From: Basidiobolus meristosporus CBS 931.73
Lineage: Eukaryota > Fungi > Basidiobolomycota
Assembly: GCA_002104905.1 (NCBI GenBank)
Contig: MCFE01000429.1
Span: 1 to 64,000 of the forward strand
DNA: 64,000 bases
Direction of reading: 5' to 3'
Shown: piece by piece, positions 11,015 through 22,800 of the stretch
Numbering within the stretch: the first letter of the stretch is position 1
Layout of the letters: every line of letters starts with the position of its first letter
Program-made: the position numbers and the translations under genes
Notes under the pieces: model-generated
Seen by the model: only the letters and a program-made list of their open reading frames with translations
Told to the model about the DNA's origin: nothing
Database searches by the model: none

Positions 11015-11599
11015 TTATGAGTCTTGCGATAAGTCTATTAAGAACAGCCCGGTGACCAATAGTAGAGATTGTAACATAGGATCCTTAAGTGCAGGAGGAT
11101 GAATCTCTAGAGTTCCAAGGTTCTTCCACGCGAGCGCCTTCCATTTGAATTCAGCGAACTTTACGCCAGTTCTAGGACACGTGCATTCCATACTCATTGT
11201 GCCAAAGCCAGATCTCTTCCACTGATAGGTTTCAGCATTCCAATTGAACTGATATTTGAAAGAGAACATCTTGGGCTTACTGAGCTCAAACTCGATGCTC
11301 TGAGGAAAGGTCCTGAACATAATACTGCTTTTCAGTGCTTTCCTAGTACCTTGGAATAGGATTTTCTCTGAGCCAGCCTCCCGAAAGGTATACTTTACTT
11401 GTACCCCCAAGTCTCTCGCGAGGATGTATGCAACACGTTCCATATTGTCCTTGACCAGAATGTCTCGAGAGAAAGCACTCTTTCGTGAGAGAGTATACCT
11501 TTGATAACCATTTCCGAAATCTGTGTAACTACGACCCGAATTCTGAAAAGAGTATCGAGGATGCTCCAAGTAGTTCGACTCTTCCCGCTCAGCTAACAT
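11015..11599 (-). CDS. Hypothetical protein (194 aa), beta-rich fungal family with a YQWKR motif and a C-terminal hydrophobic helix
   Basis: Intact ATG-to-stop ORF with protein-like composition. FNWNAETYQWKR and LLLVTGL resemble fungal LURP/DUF6593-like proteins, but the family was not confirmed. Confidence 0.65.
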   Translation of the reverse strand: MLAEREESNYLEHPRYSFQNSGRSYTDFGNGYQRYTLSRKSAFSRDILVKDNMERVAYILARDLGVQVKYTFREAGSEKILFQGTRKALKSSIMFRTFPQSIEFELSKPKMFSFKYQFNWNAETYQWKRSGFGTMSMECTCPRTGVKFAEFKWKALAWKNLGTLEIHPPALKDPMLQSLLLVTGLFLIDLSQDS

Positions 11600-12092
11600 T
11601 TCGTAGGGTCTGAATCAGAAAATGCCTCCTGGGATATGCCGATGGCTCAAGCAATAACTATCAAGGAAGCGAAGAGCGCGAGTACCTAATTTATTAAGAA
11701 ACAATGGGGCCAACCTATTAGGTGACCTTTTATTGAATCAGTGTCTTATGCAACTCTTGGCGCCATTAGTAATAAATCAAATCAGTGATCATTGATCAGT
11801 GGGGGATATACCACGCAACCAGTTCAATGCGGAATACAGCCTAGCCGAATCTTCAATCATGTGATCCGCCGCCTACGATGCACACGTTTCAAAAAGTAGC
11901 AGATCACCAGCACTCTTGGTTCCGGGAACTGAGCTTCGGTACAGAAACATTAGGAGAATTGTGCTTGTGGCTGTGAGACTAGATTCAATGTACTGGCTAT
12001 GCAAATAGTAGTAATCGCCTAGGTAGTTACCAATTGGGTCACTTTAGTGTCACCTTTCAACATTCATAGTCTAGATGGAATTCATTCAAGTC

Positions 12093-12110
12093 ATATATAT
12101 ATATATATAT
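12093..12110. repeat. (AT)9 microsatellite
   Basis: Direct reading. Confidence 0.9.
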
Positions 12111-12205
12111 GAGTGTCATTTCGCTGTGTGTGCATTCCGCCAACACCAGAATCCGCCTATTTGTATTCTGTTCTCATTAAAAGTTGATTTCTACTCCATT
12201 AAACT

Positions 12206-12752
12206 ATGGCCACTTCACCAAAAAACAGTTGCATCTATTGCAGTCTTGCTTTGGAAGGGGATCGCACTGCCGGGGTGATGTATGAGGTAGAGTAGTGCCT
12301 ATATGTGTTTCTTTACTGGCTTGGTTTAACACGTTCATGGTAGGATGAACGAGTAGTTGCCATCAAAGAGCCCAATCCTGCTGCGGAACACCATTTTGTG
12401 ATAATTCCTCGAAAACACGTCCCTTCCTACAATGATTTAACTGAAGACGACATTTCTTTGCGTAAGCACGAACTTCTCCGAGCACTAAACCACTATTATT
12501 AATCCTCCAATCCTAGTTGAACACATGAAGGCTGTTGGAAACAATCTTATCCTAAATCAGGTTGGTCCACAGCAAGACACTTTGTTAGGCTTTCTCCCAA
12601 AAGCACTGTCCAGCGTTGCACATTTAAACATGCAATGTGTAACTTTACCTTTGACTTGTGGGTGGGTCCGCTCTCTTGCCTACAAACCATTAGTGTTTTT
12701 TACCATTGATGATCTAATTGGTGAAGTCAAGGAATCCTGTTATAATTTGTAA
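12206..12752 (+). CDS. HINT3-like HIT-family protein, 3 exons, degenerate histidine triad
   Basis: Spliced: MATSPKNSCIYCSLALEGDRTAGVMYE|DERVVAIKEPNPAAEHHFVIIPRKHVPSYNDLTEDDISL|LEHMKAVG...GFLPKALSSVAHLNMQCV. It has the CxxC and PAAxHHxxxxPxxH of HINT3, but HxHxH reads HLNMQ. Confidence 0.8.
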
Positions 12753-13245
12753 CCTAAAGCATAGATTTAACAGGTGTAGAGCAACACCGCCTGTGTGCAG
12801 TAAGCAGCATTTTTATGGAATGTAACAACAGTATTCGAAGTAGCGATATATACTGGTTTAACCACTTTTTGACTTATAAATGGATTCAACATGCAAATAG
12901 TATATGCTCTGCTGTTTTTAGTTCTCCAGCATTTCAGCGGAGTGCATTCATAGATTTGATATCAAGGTTGGAAGTACACTAAAATGTGACTGAGGAAGGC
13001 GTCAATTCAGCGCAGAAATTGAACTAATCCTCCATAGATAACCACGTAATATTCATTCATGGATATAATAGAAATAAAAAAGATTTAGATTTTTTTTCTC
13101 TAATGCACTCAGGAATTTTTTTTCCTTCAACTTCGAGCATTTCTCCAATTACTACTAATATCAGTATTGAAGCTCGAACGTTTGCTCATTCATACGGTCG
13201 ACCTTGAAATCCCTTCATAGCTTTCCTTCGTCGAATTTCGTAAAA

Positions 13246-15108
13246 ATGTATCACGAACCTTATGAAGATGAAGACATCGCTGCCGATGTCGATTTGGTTG
13301 CCGGGGTTTATGCTCAAGGGGACATGACTGCTGATGATGACATTTTAGAAGAAGGTAAACGCAGATTACAAGAGACTGTATTTTGGCATAAATATTTCGA
13401 GTCAAAATAATCCCTTCCTTAACTTAACTAATGGTGATTCTTTCATATAGAACAATTATTAATTCAACAGCAGCTTGCACAACAATATGTTGATACCCAA
13501 ATACCTGATGTTGTCAAAAATTTCATCGCTTATTTCCACCGTAGCGTTCGCGACAATGCCGTTTATGAGCTACATTCTATTTACGAGAATACCTTCAACA
13601 AGCTGACTGAAAGGTTCTATGCTAAAGAACCTTGGCCTGAAGCCGAGTACATCGCTCCCTTGGTCAACGAAGGTCGGTATTCTCGTAGTTTTATTTGTAA
13701 TAATCAAGTCATACTCAGCTCAATCTTTCCATGTAGATCAAATCTTCTTGACTTTGTATCGTGAATTGTACTATCGCCACATTTACCAAAGACTTCAACC
13801 CACCATCGAGCACAGGTTCCGCTCCTATGAAAATTACTGCGCCTTGTTCAACTACATTTTGAGTAAGTCGCCCGGGCTTCTTGCCCACAAAAGTCGCTTA
13901 GTTTTTCGGACTAACATCGATCTGTTTTAGACTCTGATGGACCGGTCAGTCTTGAGCTACCAAACCAATGGCTTTGGGATATCATTGATGAGTTCATTTA
14001 TCAATTCCAATCCTTCTGCAACTTCAAAAATCGTGTTAAGAACAAGACCAAGGAGGAGATCTATTTGTTAAAAGAGAATCTCCAGGTTTGGAGTTGCTAT
14101 AGTGTGCTCAACGTCTTGTACTCTTTGATCCAGAAATCACGGATCACCGAGCAGCTGCTTGTGAGCAAGAATGGCGGCGACATGGTCGAGGCAGCTGGAG
14201 AATATGGTTCGCGTACTTTGTACAAGATGCTTGGTTACTTCAGTATCGTTGGTCTGCTTCGTGTCCACTGCCTTCTTGGAGATTATACAATGGCCTTGAA
14301 GATGATGGAGAATATCGAGCTTAGCAAGAAAGCGCTGTTTGCTCGCGTTACTGCTTGTCACGTTACCACTTACTACTATGTTGGCTTCGCCTACATGATG
14401 ATGAGAAGATATGCCGACGCTATCAAGACTTTCTCTCACATCTTGGTATTTATCACGCGCATTCGCCAGGTTCACTCGAAGTCCTACCAGTTCGATCAAA
14501 TCAACAAGAAGGGCGACCAGATGTATGCCTTGCTTGCCGTTTGTGTTGCTCTTTCACCAACTCGCTTGGATGAAAGCATCCACACCCACATGCGCGAGAA
14601 GTATGGAGAGCAATTGTCGAAAATCCAACGTGGAGAGGATCCAATTCAAACTATCGAAGACTTGTTCTTGTACGCATGCCCCAAGTTCATCTCTCCCATG
14701 AGCCCCAACTATGACGACTTGGAAAACAACCCACCCGAGCCTAGTACTTATCAAGCCAAGATTTTCATGTCTGAAGTTCGCAAGCAGATCTTGATCCCTA
14801 CCTTGAGATCATACCTAAAGCTATACACCACTATGAGTATCGAAAAGCTCGCGGCATTCCTTGAGGTGGATCCCGAAGAGCTCCGTACACAATTGATGAT
14901 CTTCAAACAGAAGAGTCGTCAAAGAAAGTGGGTCGAAGGTACTTTGTTAGACAGCGAAACTGTTACCAGCACAGACTTGGACTTCTCAGTCAACAACGAC
15001 ATGATCCACATCGCTGAGAGCAAAGTGGGACGTCGCTATGGTGACTGGTTTATTCGTAATATCCACAAGTTCGAAGATATTATCTCCAACATGGAGCTTC
15101 GTGCTTGA
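13246..15108 (+). CDS. EIF3L: Eukaryotic translation initiation factor 3 subunit L, 4 exons
   Basis: Conserved [59 protein letters not shown], and a C-terminal PCI region ([10 protein letters not shown]). Confidence 0.95.
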
Positions 15109-15901
15109 AGAGCTTTGTGCGCCTTGTAGCTGATTTTTTGCGACCTAGCCGGTTTTCATCTCTCTTCCTCCTTCATACTAACCTCACATTAAATGAACCT
15201 CATCAGACAGTTAAACGTTATTTTATCAGTGTTATATATCGATGAGCATGAGCGTAGGCCAGTTTGTGTAGCATGTATGGCGGTGCTATCCTTTTGGCCC
15301 CAAATGAGCCATGATGCTCCAATTGGGAAGGAAAGGTCATTGAGTTGGGCATTGAGGGAGGATAAGTCGAGAGATCAGGCAGATGCTGAGGTAGTTAGAT
15401 ATTTAAGCTTAAAAGCCAATCTATTCTCCTCGAGAGTGATCTGCAGCATTCCCAGGTGGGCCACTTAACCTCGGTTAGGGGACCTTTGCTACCTATCGTT
15501 ACATCTTACTCTATTAGTTCATTTGATTCCATGGAAGAATCATGATTGTTCAATTTAACTTTCTACAAGCCCACTTTCGTCCAGGTCGTGAGATCATATT
15601 TTGCTCCGTGCTGAGATAGCTTGATTGTACGTAACGTTGTTGGATATGGCTTGTGAGCCATATATGGAACTAATGGAAAGATGATCAGATGGGATTCTCT
15701 GTGGTCTCTTGCTCAAATGCCACTCGATATTCTGGGAATCATCTATACTTCCCTATGCTTTGGTGCCCAATCAGCGAGCCAATCATTCCATCTCGTTGGA
15801 GTTTGGATTTTTTGGGTTGTCATTGGACTAAACTGACATTCATAAGCATTCAATTGACCTCCTTCCTCAATACAGATTTCTTATTCATACTTGTTCTCAG
15901 C

Positions 15902-17610
15902 ATGCCCCAATACTGGCTCGTATCAGTCCCTGCCAACGGAAGCAAAGACTCTTCCTTCCAGAGCTTACGTACTTCTATCAATGAAGTAGCCGAAGCCAGC
16001 TCTCTTGAGCTCCCCGAATTCAAAGTAAGCTCAAATCAAGGATTCCTGGATGCTTTCAGATATTAATAAGCCGTGGAGATTGGGACTTTAGATACTTTGG
16101 TTGTGTTGTCTGATGATTTGGTCAAGTATGACCAAGCTTTTGAAGCCACAGTCGTGAAAATGGTTGACAATCTTAAAGCGCTCCTTCGTGGAGACGCTGC
16201 TCAGCTTGAGGAAGCTCTGACTGTAAACGAGAGTAGGTTCTTTGGACTTGATGTTAGGGTCGCCTGATATCCATCTTAACATCATCTCGCTATTTTTAGA
16301 GCCTGTTGATCATTTCTTGAAGTCTTTCCAGTGGAATTCGATGAAGTATCGCTCTGATAAGCCTCTGAAGGAAATCGCGGAACTTATCAACCAAGCAAGT
16401 ATTTTTCCATGTGTCGGATGTACTCTATTCGTACTGATCTCGAGCCTAATGAAAACAGGAAGGAAGCTCTCTTGATTCTTCTATGAAGGCGAAAATGAGC
16501 CAGTACAACAGTGTCAAGAGCTCTTTGACCAATATCGAGAGAAAGCAAACGTACGCTACTTTCTTTAGTTGAAATGGCTTATCAAGGTACTAAAATACAG
16601 ATATAGCGGTAACCTTGCTGTTCGCGGTCTTGCGGACATAGTGAAAAAGGAGCATTGTGTTCTCGACTCTGAATATCTTCAAACTCTCTTTGTTGCGGTT
16701 CCAAAGTCGGTATTATTACCCGTTTAGTTACTGGTGCATGCGATTTGAGTTAACTTTGGGCCTTTGACGTTTTAGGAACCTGTACAAGGATTGGGAAGCA
16801 AAATATGAAACTCTAACCGAGATGGTTGTACCTAGATCCTCATCGTAAGCTAATGAATCATTTGTAGCACTAATGTTCCTTCTAATCACAGATGAATATT
16901 TCTAGGAAAATAGCGGAGGACAACGACTATGGCCTGTTCGCTGTTAGCGTTTTCCAGCGGGTGGTTAACGACTTCAGCCTAAAATGTAGAGAGGAGAAGC
17001 AAGTGAACTCAAGAACCTTTTATATGATGTTTATGCTAATCTGTATCCATTAGATTCATTGTTAGAGAATTTGAGTACAACGAGGAGCAGCTGGAGGAAG
17101 ATAAGAGAGAATATGAGGAAACCGAGGCGTCCGAAAGAGAGCAATGGGTAATTATCGTTATGCCAATGTGTCAGTATACGACGGGCAGCTCAACCTTGGA
17201 AAATGCCTTTTAGAAATCCCTCCTACAATGGTGCAAGACCAGCTTTGGTGAAGTGTTTGCAGCGTGGATTCACATCAAGATTCTCCGAGTCTTCGTAGAA
17301 TCGGTCTTGAGATATGGGCTGCCATTAGATTACAGTGCAGCAATGATTAAGGTAAGTACATGGGCCTGAGACATCGTCCAGATTTTCCGCTCCCTCTTGC
17401 TCCTGACTAACCTTTTGGTTTCAGCCCAAGGCAAAGGGTGGCTCGAAGATTCGTGATCTTCTTGTCAAGAAATACGCTAGCCTTGGTGGTTCGTTCGGGC
17501 AAGAAGACCATAGCGATCATTTGGACGAATATCAAGGACTTATCGACAAGGATTACACTCCATTTGTCCTCTTCAATATCCCATGGACAGTATTTGATAA
17601 GGAGAAATAA
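15902..17610 (+). CDS. VMA5: V-type H+-ATPase V1 subunit C, about 10 exons
   Basis: [92 protein letters not shown]. Confidence 0.95.
16395..16458 (+). other. Probable GC-AG intron in VMA5
   Basis: CAA|GCAAGT...CCTAAT...AACAG|GAA gives [15 protein letters not shown]. An equal-length GT alternative shifted by 4 nt is also in frame but has weaker sites. Confidence 0.65.
16999..17053 (+). other. GC-AG intron in VMA5
   Basis: GAG AA|GCAAGT...GCTAAT...CATTAG|A TTC restores the conserved REEKFIVREF. The nearby GT donor at 17003 gives no open frame with the local acceptors. Confidence 0.85.
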
Positions 17611-18347
17611 ATGACCAGACCTTGCTGCACAATTAAGCGAAGTTGCTTCGTTAAAGCCCAAATACCCATTGCCTCATGCATTCCTCGCCTGTCTATTTTG
17701 GTACCTAATTCTATTCAATAAAAGCTGTCCAGTTAGCTAGCACACAATCACCATAACTATCACGCAGCCATTTATGCTGAAATCAAAAAAGAATCTTCCA
17801 TACGGGCGGGCTTTCGCCTCTTGTCAAGTTAGCCCAGCCAGGTATGTTGGGGAAGAAGACACATTTGTAGCATGTACGCAAACGACAAGCTGGCGAAGTT
17901 GAACTAAATTGAGGCATAGAGTAGAACTCCCTTGATGAAATTGTGGCAGGCAGGCAGGGCAAATTTGTGCTTCATATGTGCGAATGGAGTATCAAATTTG
18001 GTCTATTTGAGCAGACTGGAGTAAATTAGGTGAGGCGAGAGCAAATCTGGTGCGAATCTGCGAAATATCCATCATAATGATACTCGATTGAATGGCAATA
18101 TCGGCCCAACTAATATAAATTAATTGATCTGATAATATACTACACATTCTGGGAACTGCTGCCAAAGTGGCTAATACAGTTGCAAGGGTAACCCGAGGCT
18201 GAGGGCTCGCCCAGCATGACCGATATGGTAGACGGAGAGCATATGTAGGTGGATCATCCGATCTGCCAAATTCCTTTAATTTCAGCAATAGTCGACTGCC
18301 CGATCTTGCTTATCCTCTCTCCCGTTAATCCCGATCATTCAAGCAAT

Positions 18348-19246
18348 ATGCGTTGTTCACATTTTTCCAAGGTGCTGACATTTTTGGCGACCTCTTTCCT
18401 TGCAACCGCCTCCGCAGAGAGTTCCGCCGATTGCCCCGCAAGAGTCCTCCTCGTTTTGAACAAACAACAGGTACCCATAGATTGAAGTGGCGTACTTTGG
18501 CTTCAATATACTAAACGTTGATACTACTGGCCAGTCTCACGAGTACATCGATTCCCCGAAGTTTACTTTATCAAAGGTGACCCTACTTTCTGCTTTCCTA
18601 ATCTGCTCCCGCGGTATGCTCACAGGTGTTCTTCTATAGCACGTTATCAGTAACAATGCAGGTCAAGCCGCAAACGTCGAGCGTTACAAGAGCAGCTGCG
18701 ACGCTCAATATTTAGACCTTTCCCAAGGTAATTTCAGCTTTCTCCTTGACACTTCCTCCGTTCAGCAGCTAATTTGCATTCGCAGTGAGCGATTTGAAGC
18801 AAGGAGCCTCCTACATCATCTCCGGCACTGAAGGTATTTTCGAATCCGCAAGTTGACTGCTGGTCTAAAGGGTTAACCCACGTAATTCTCTTACTTAAGG
18901 GTCCATCGATAAAGCACTCGAGCACATCCAGAACATCGTCAAGGATTATACAGTTGTTCTGGACAGCAAAGCCCATTTGCAAAAGCGTCAGCAAGAGGTC
19001 ACCCCTACCAAACCAGACGAGACTGCACCAAGCAACTCCGGCCCCTCCATTCCTGGCCCTTCTACCAATCCAGGCAAGAATGAGAGCCGTACGGATCAAC
19101 TGCGCAGCAAATTCTGGACCATCGGTCTGCTCACTGGTTTGCTGACCACATTCATCATGGTCCTCATCCTACTAGTTGGAATCTGCTGGCTGGCAAGCAT
19201 CGAGGGACCTACGCGGTTCGAAAGTGTCAAACAGAAGAGGTCTTGA
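18348..19246 (+). CDS. Ac45/ATP6AP1-Voa1-like V-ATPase accessory/assembly protein (type I membrane protein), multi-exon
   Basis: Signal peptide, lumenal region with a dibasic KR site (HLQKR), then FWTIGLLTGLLTTFIMVLILLVGICWLASIEGPTRFE. This resembles the Ac45/Voa1 TM-tail pattern (F.PGI.MGL...L...G...L.S......RF.). Internal exon boundaries are approximate. Confidence 0.7.
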
Positions 19247-19864
19247 TTTTCCCACCGAGCATAACCTAACCCCCACCATCCCTGATATATCTCACCTTCG
19301 TCTCGTTGTTTTGTTCCCCAAGCTGCATAAAATTCCAATTTTCAATATTACGTTCCCCCTGTTCACTAAGGGCTCACCATCTCTGGCGTAGTGATTTCCA
19401 TGTTGAAGCTCTCAGATACGTTGGCGAAAGTCCTCAATATCCCCTCTGCCATTACCATATCTTTCAAATAGTTGAACGTGTAATGTTGCTCCGGCCAAGG
19501 CGCTACTGAGCCTGCTGTATGTTCCATTTATGACTGGAAAACTGTAAACTGTTCTTCAAAAAGCGAGCATTGGCGACCAAAGAATGATTTATGCACTAGC
19601 TCCATCACGCGTAGAGAATCTGGGAAATCATAGCAAATATAGTAAACAACCTTCGTGTGAGTCAATGCCATAGTTTAATCCAAATGAAGTCTCACTCGGA
19701 ATATGTTGACCAGTCAGAATGTTACCTAGCTTCATCACAACCCAATTTGATTTTTACTCTAATCTCAGTACTGTACACAGTGAACTGCTTCCTAGCTTGA
19801 CAACCATATTTTTTCTAACATACATATTCGAGCCCATACCCATACACCATATAAAGGAATTCCG

Positions 19865-22800
19865 ATGGCAAATATAAAGCGCGGTGACCAGTCTTCCTGG
19901 GTGTACGACGCGTCTTTAGAAACGGAGGACAAAATTACTCAAGATCATCTGATAAAATTCTACGGGCTTTCCAATACCACTGCCAGGCCCTATTGTCCGA
20001 ACAGATACTCTTCAAAATGCTTCACAGAGAAGAAGACTCGTTGCACCAACTCTCGTTGCAAAGATAATCCAAATTGTTTGAATCATCTAGGCCAAGAGTT
20101 CTGGGAAAGAGAGGGTGGGTGTCGGGTGAAATGCCAAGGATGTTTTTGGGTTTCACGTGGGGATAGGCTTCTAATGGGCTCTCTTTTGTTTACAAGATGC
20201 GTTTGAGAAATATTGTCAGGCCAATGGATTATCGGTTGACCTTGCAGAGGTACGAACTCGAATGGAAGGGAGTCCTGTTGGCTTGAAAGTACTATTTTTA
20301 TACTCCACTCTGTGATCGTATGCTTCCTGACTTGTTTATCTGATAGAACTTGGGAGCTACTTGCTATGTGAACTCTCTCTTGCAGGTAGGAGTGCCACCA
20401 CCTTAATATCAGAGCGCTTTTTAATCCTTGAGGCGTCCCAGGTCTGGTTTCATAATCTGCATATTAGAAAGGGCATCTACGAGTTTCAACACCATGAAGA
20501 GAGGGTAAACAGTAATACAAGTTCACGATTTTAGCTTCGCCGAGACTAACCGATTTTTCATCATTGGCAAGAACCCCATATGTTATCAGCTTCAGCGGGC
20601 TTTTGCTTTCCTAGAGCACGGAAATCAAGACACCTACGATCCCATTCATTTCATAGAAGCGCTGGAGCTAAATGCCGATGAGGAGCAAGATGTCCAAGAG
20701 TGAGTGATTTTCATATCACAGAAAGCTCTGTAGGAATTAATGACATTTGGTTCTAGGTTCTGTAAACTATTCACTTCTCTTCTCAATAGTGTTTTTGAAA
20801 CCCAGGAAAGGGCAAATCTTCGCAACCTGTTCAAAGATCAGGTAACTAGTTAATTACCAGCATCAGTAGTTGTACCATGGATTTCAACATGCACATAGTT
20901 TGAAGGGGAATACGAATACGGAACCAAATGCTCCAAGTGCAAAAATGTCTCCCACCGTCGCGAAACGTTTCACGAACTAGAGCTACATATCAAGGTTATT
21001 GTGGTTTTCTTGGAGGCGGATGAGCCTGGATAACTAAGGGTTGCTTTGTAGGATAATACTTCGTTAGAGCAGTGCATCGAGCGATTCCTAAAGCCTGAAA
21101 CAATGAAAGGAGATGATCAGTATGTTACTCATTCGTTAAGATTCCTCACATCCAAGCGTTTATTTGATGCTACTGTATCGCAGATATTTTTGTTCTGAAT
21201 GCGAATCGAAGCAAAACGCGACACGTACAACAAGAATCAACAAGTTGCCAAATGTATGTGACAATAGTATTGTATTTGATTGAGTCAAGTCCTTACTCTG
21301 CACCTCTGTATAGGTCCTAAATGTTCAGTTGATGAGATTTGTTTACGACATCAAGACGTGTACCAAGAAGAAGAACAATGCTCGCATCAAATTTCCAAGG
21401 ACTCTGAGCGCTTGTATGCTACAAACCCCTCTACAAAAGAAGAGAAAAGGGACCTCAACAGAGGACAGCAAAGGTATCATTCCGGACCATAAGCGTAAGA
21501 GATCCGTAGGCGATGACTTATGTTCTATAGATGGTCACGCTTCTCAGCAAAAAGTCATATCTAAATCTGTAAAGGGTAAAGATGATGCAGGTATGCAGAT
21601 CGATGAGTTCGTTGACCTCCCAAACAATCAAACAACATCTACACTTACCGAGGATGTGGTAAGTGTGGCGACTTCGGGAGAAGGTACTGAACACAAAGCG
21701 CGAATGGTTTGTACCAAAGGCTCAGCAGATGGTCCTACAAGCGATAATTCAGGATTGAAATCCCTCAAGTCACCAACTTCTGGTAGACGAGAATCCATTC
21801 GCATACAAAATCAGATTACCACCAACGCAGCGAACAATGCGAGTGGCGATATTGAAGTACGCACTGTAGTACTGGAACACTCTGTATCTTCAGAACAAAC
21901 CGCTACTGAGACACCTAATGCGGCCGTAACTCCAAGACGACGGAGACGTAAGGGCGCACAAACTCGATCCCCCCTTACTACACCCAAGCTTAATGACGAG
22001 GTAATACCCCCAGCGGAGCCGACCAATGGATCAACAACAAGTCACTCAAAAAAAAGACGTAAAAAACAACCGAAAGAGGCTGGTGTAGATACTTTAGCTG
22101 AACCGACTACCGAAATGTGTAGCGAGATTGATGAAAACGGGTCTTCCGAGGAGAACGATACGGATGATGTCTACGACTTGACAGCAGTGCTCACACATGA
22201 AGGGCCTAGTGCATATTCGGGGCATTACACAGCATATGTGTTCGATACAGGGTAAAATTTACTGGCATTATAGCAAGATTTCTCCAGCCCTACAGCTAAC
22301 TTCCAAAATATAGTAAACAGTGCTGGTTCAAGTTCGACGATGAGAAGGTGACCAACGAAGGGCCTGTTCTAAATCTTCAGACTTGTCAAGATTCCAAGCC
22401 CAAGAAGAAAAAATCCGTCAGCTCGGAGAGCTCGGAGAAGGTTAAAACGGAAGAGATAGAGCCAGAGCATATCGAAAACGGAGATCACCACTGTTCTTCC
22501 AGGGATGCCTATATGCTCATTTACACGAAACGTACCTTAGATCAACCACAAATGGTTCGACCCATGGACACAATCATGCAAGAGATTGAGCAGGCTAACC
22601 GCTTGATGCACAAACAAGCCCATGCGCAGAATGAGTCATTATTTTCGGCGAGAGAGCAGTTCGATCGTGAGCGGGAAAGTAGGCGTGCCATTTACTCGAC
22701 CTGGGACGTGGTTGAAGAAAACGGGGCTTCGTATTTCTTTCCAAAATCATTTCTACAAGATTGGATCAATGGTCCATTATACCAATCGGAAGAATCCAAA

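Noticed and set aside
13415-13423. TTCCTTAAC (U12-like branch sequence) in eIF3L intron 1
   Set aside because: The donor is GTAAAC (U2-type), and a CTAAT branch lies closer to the 3' AG.
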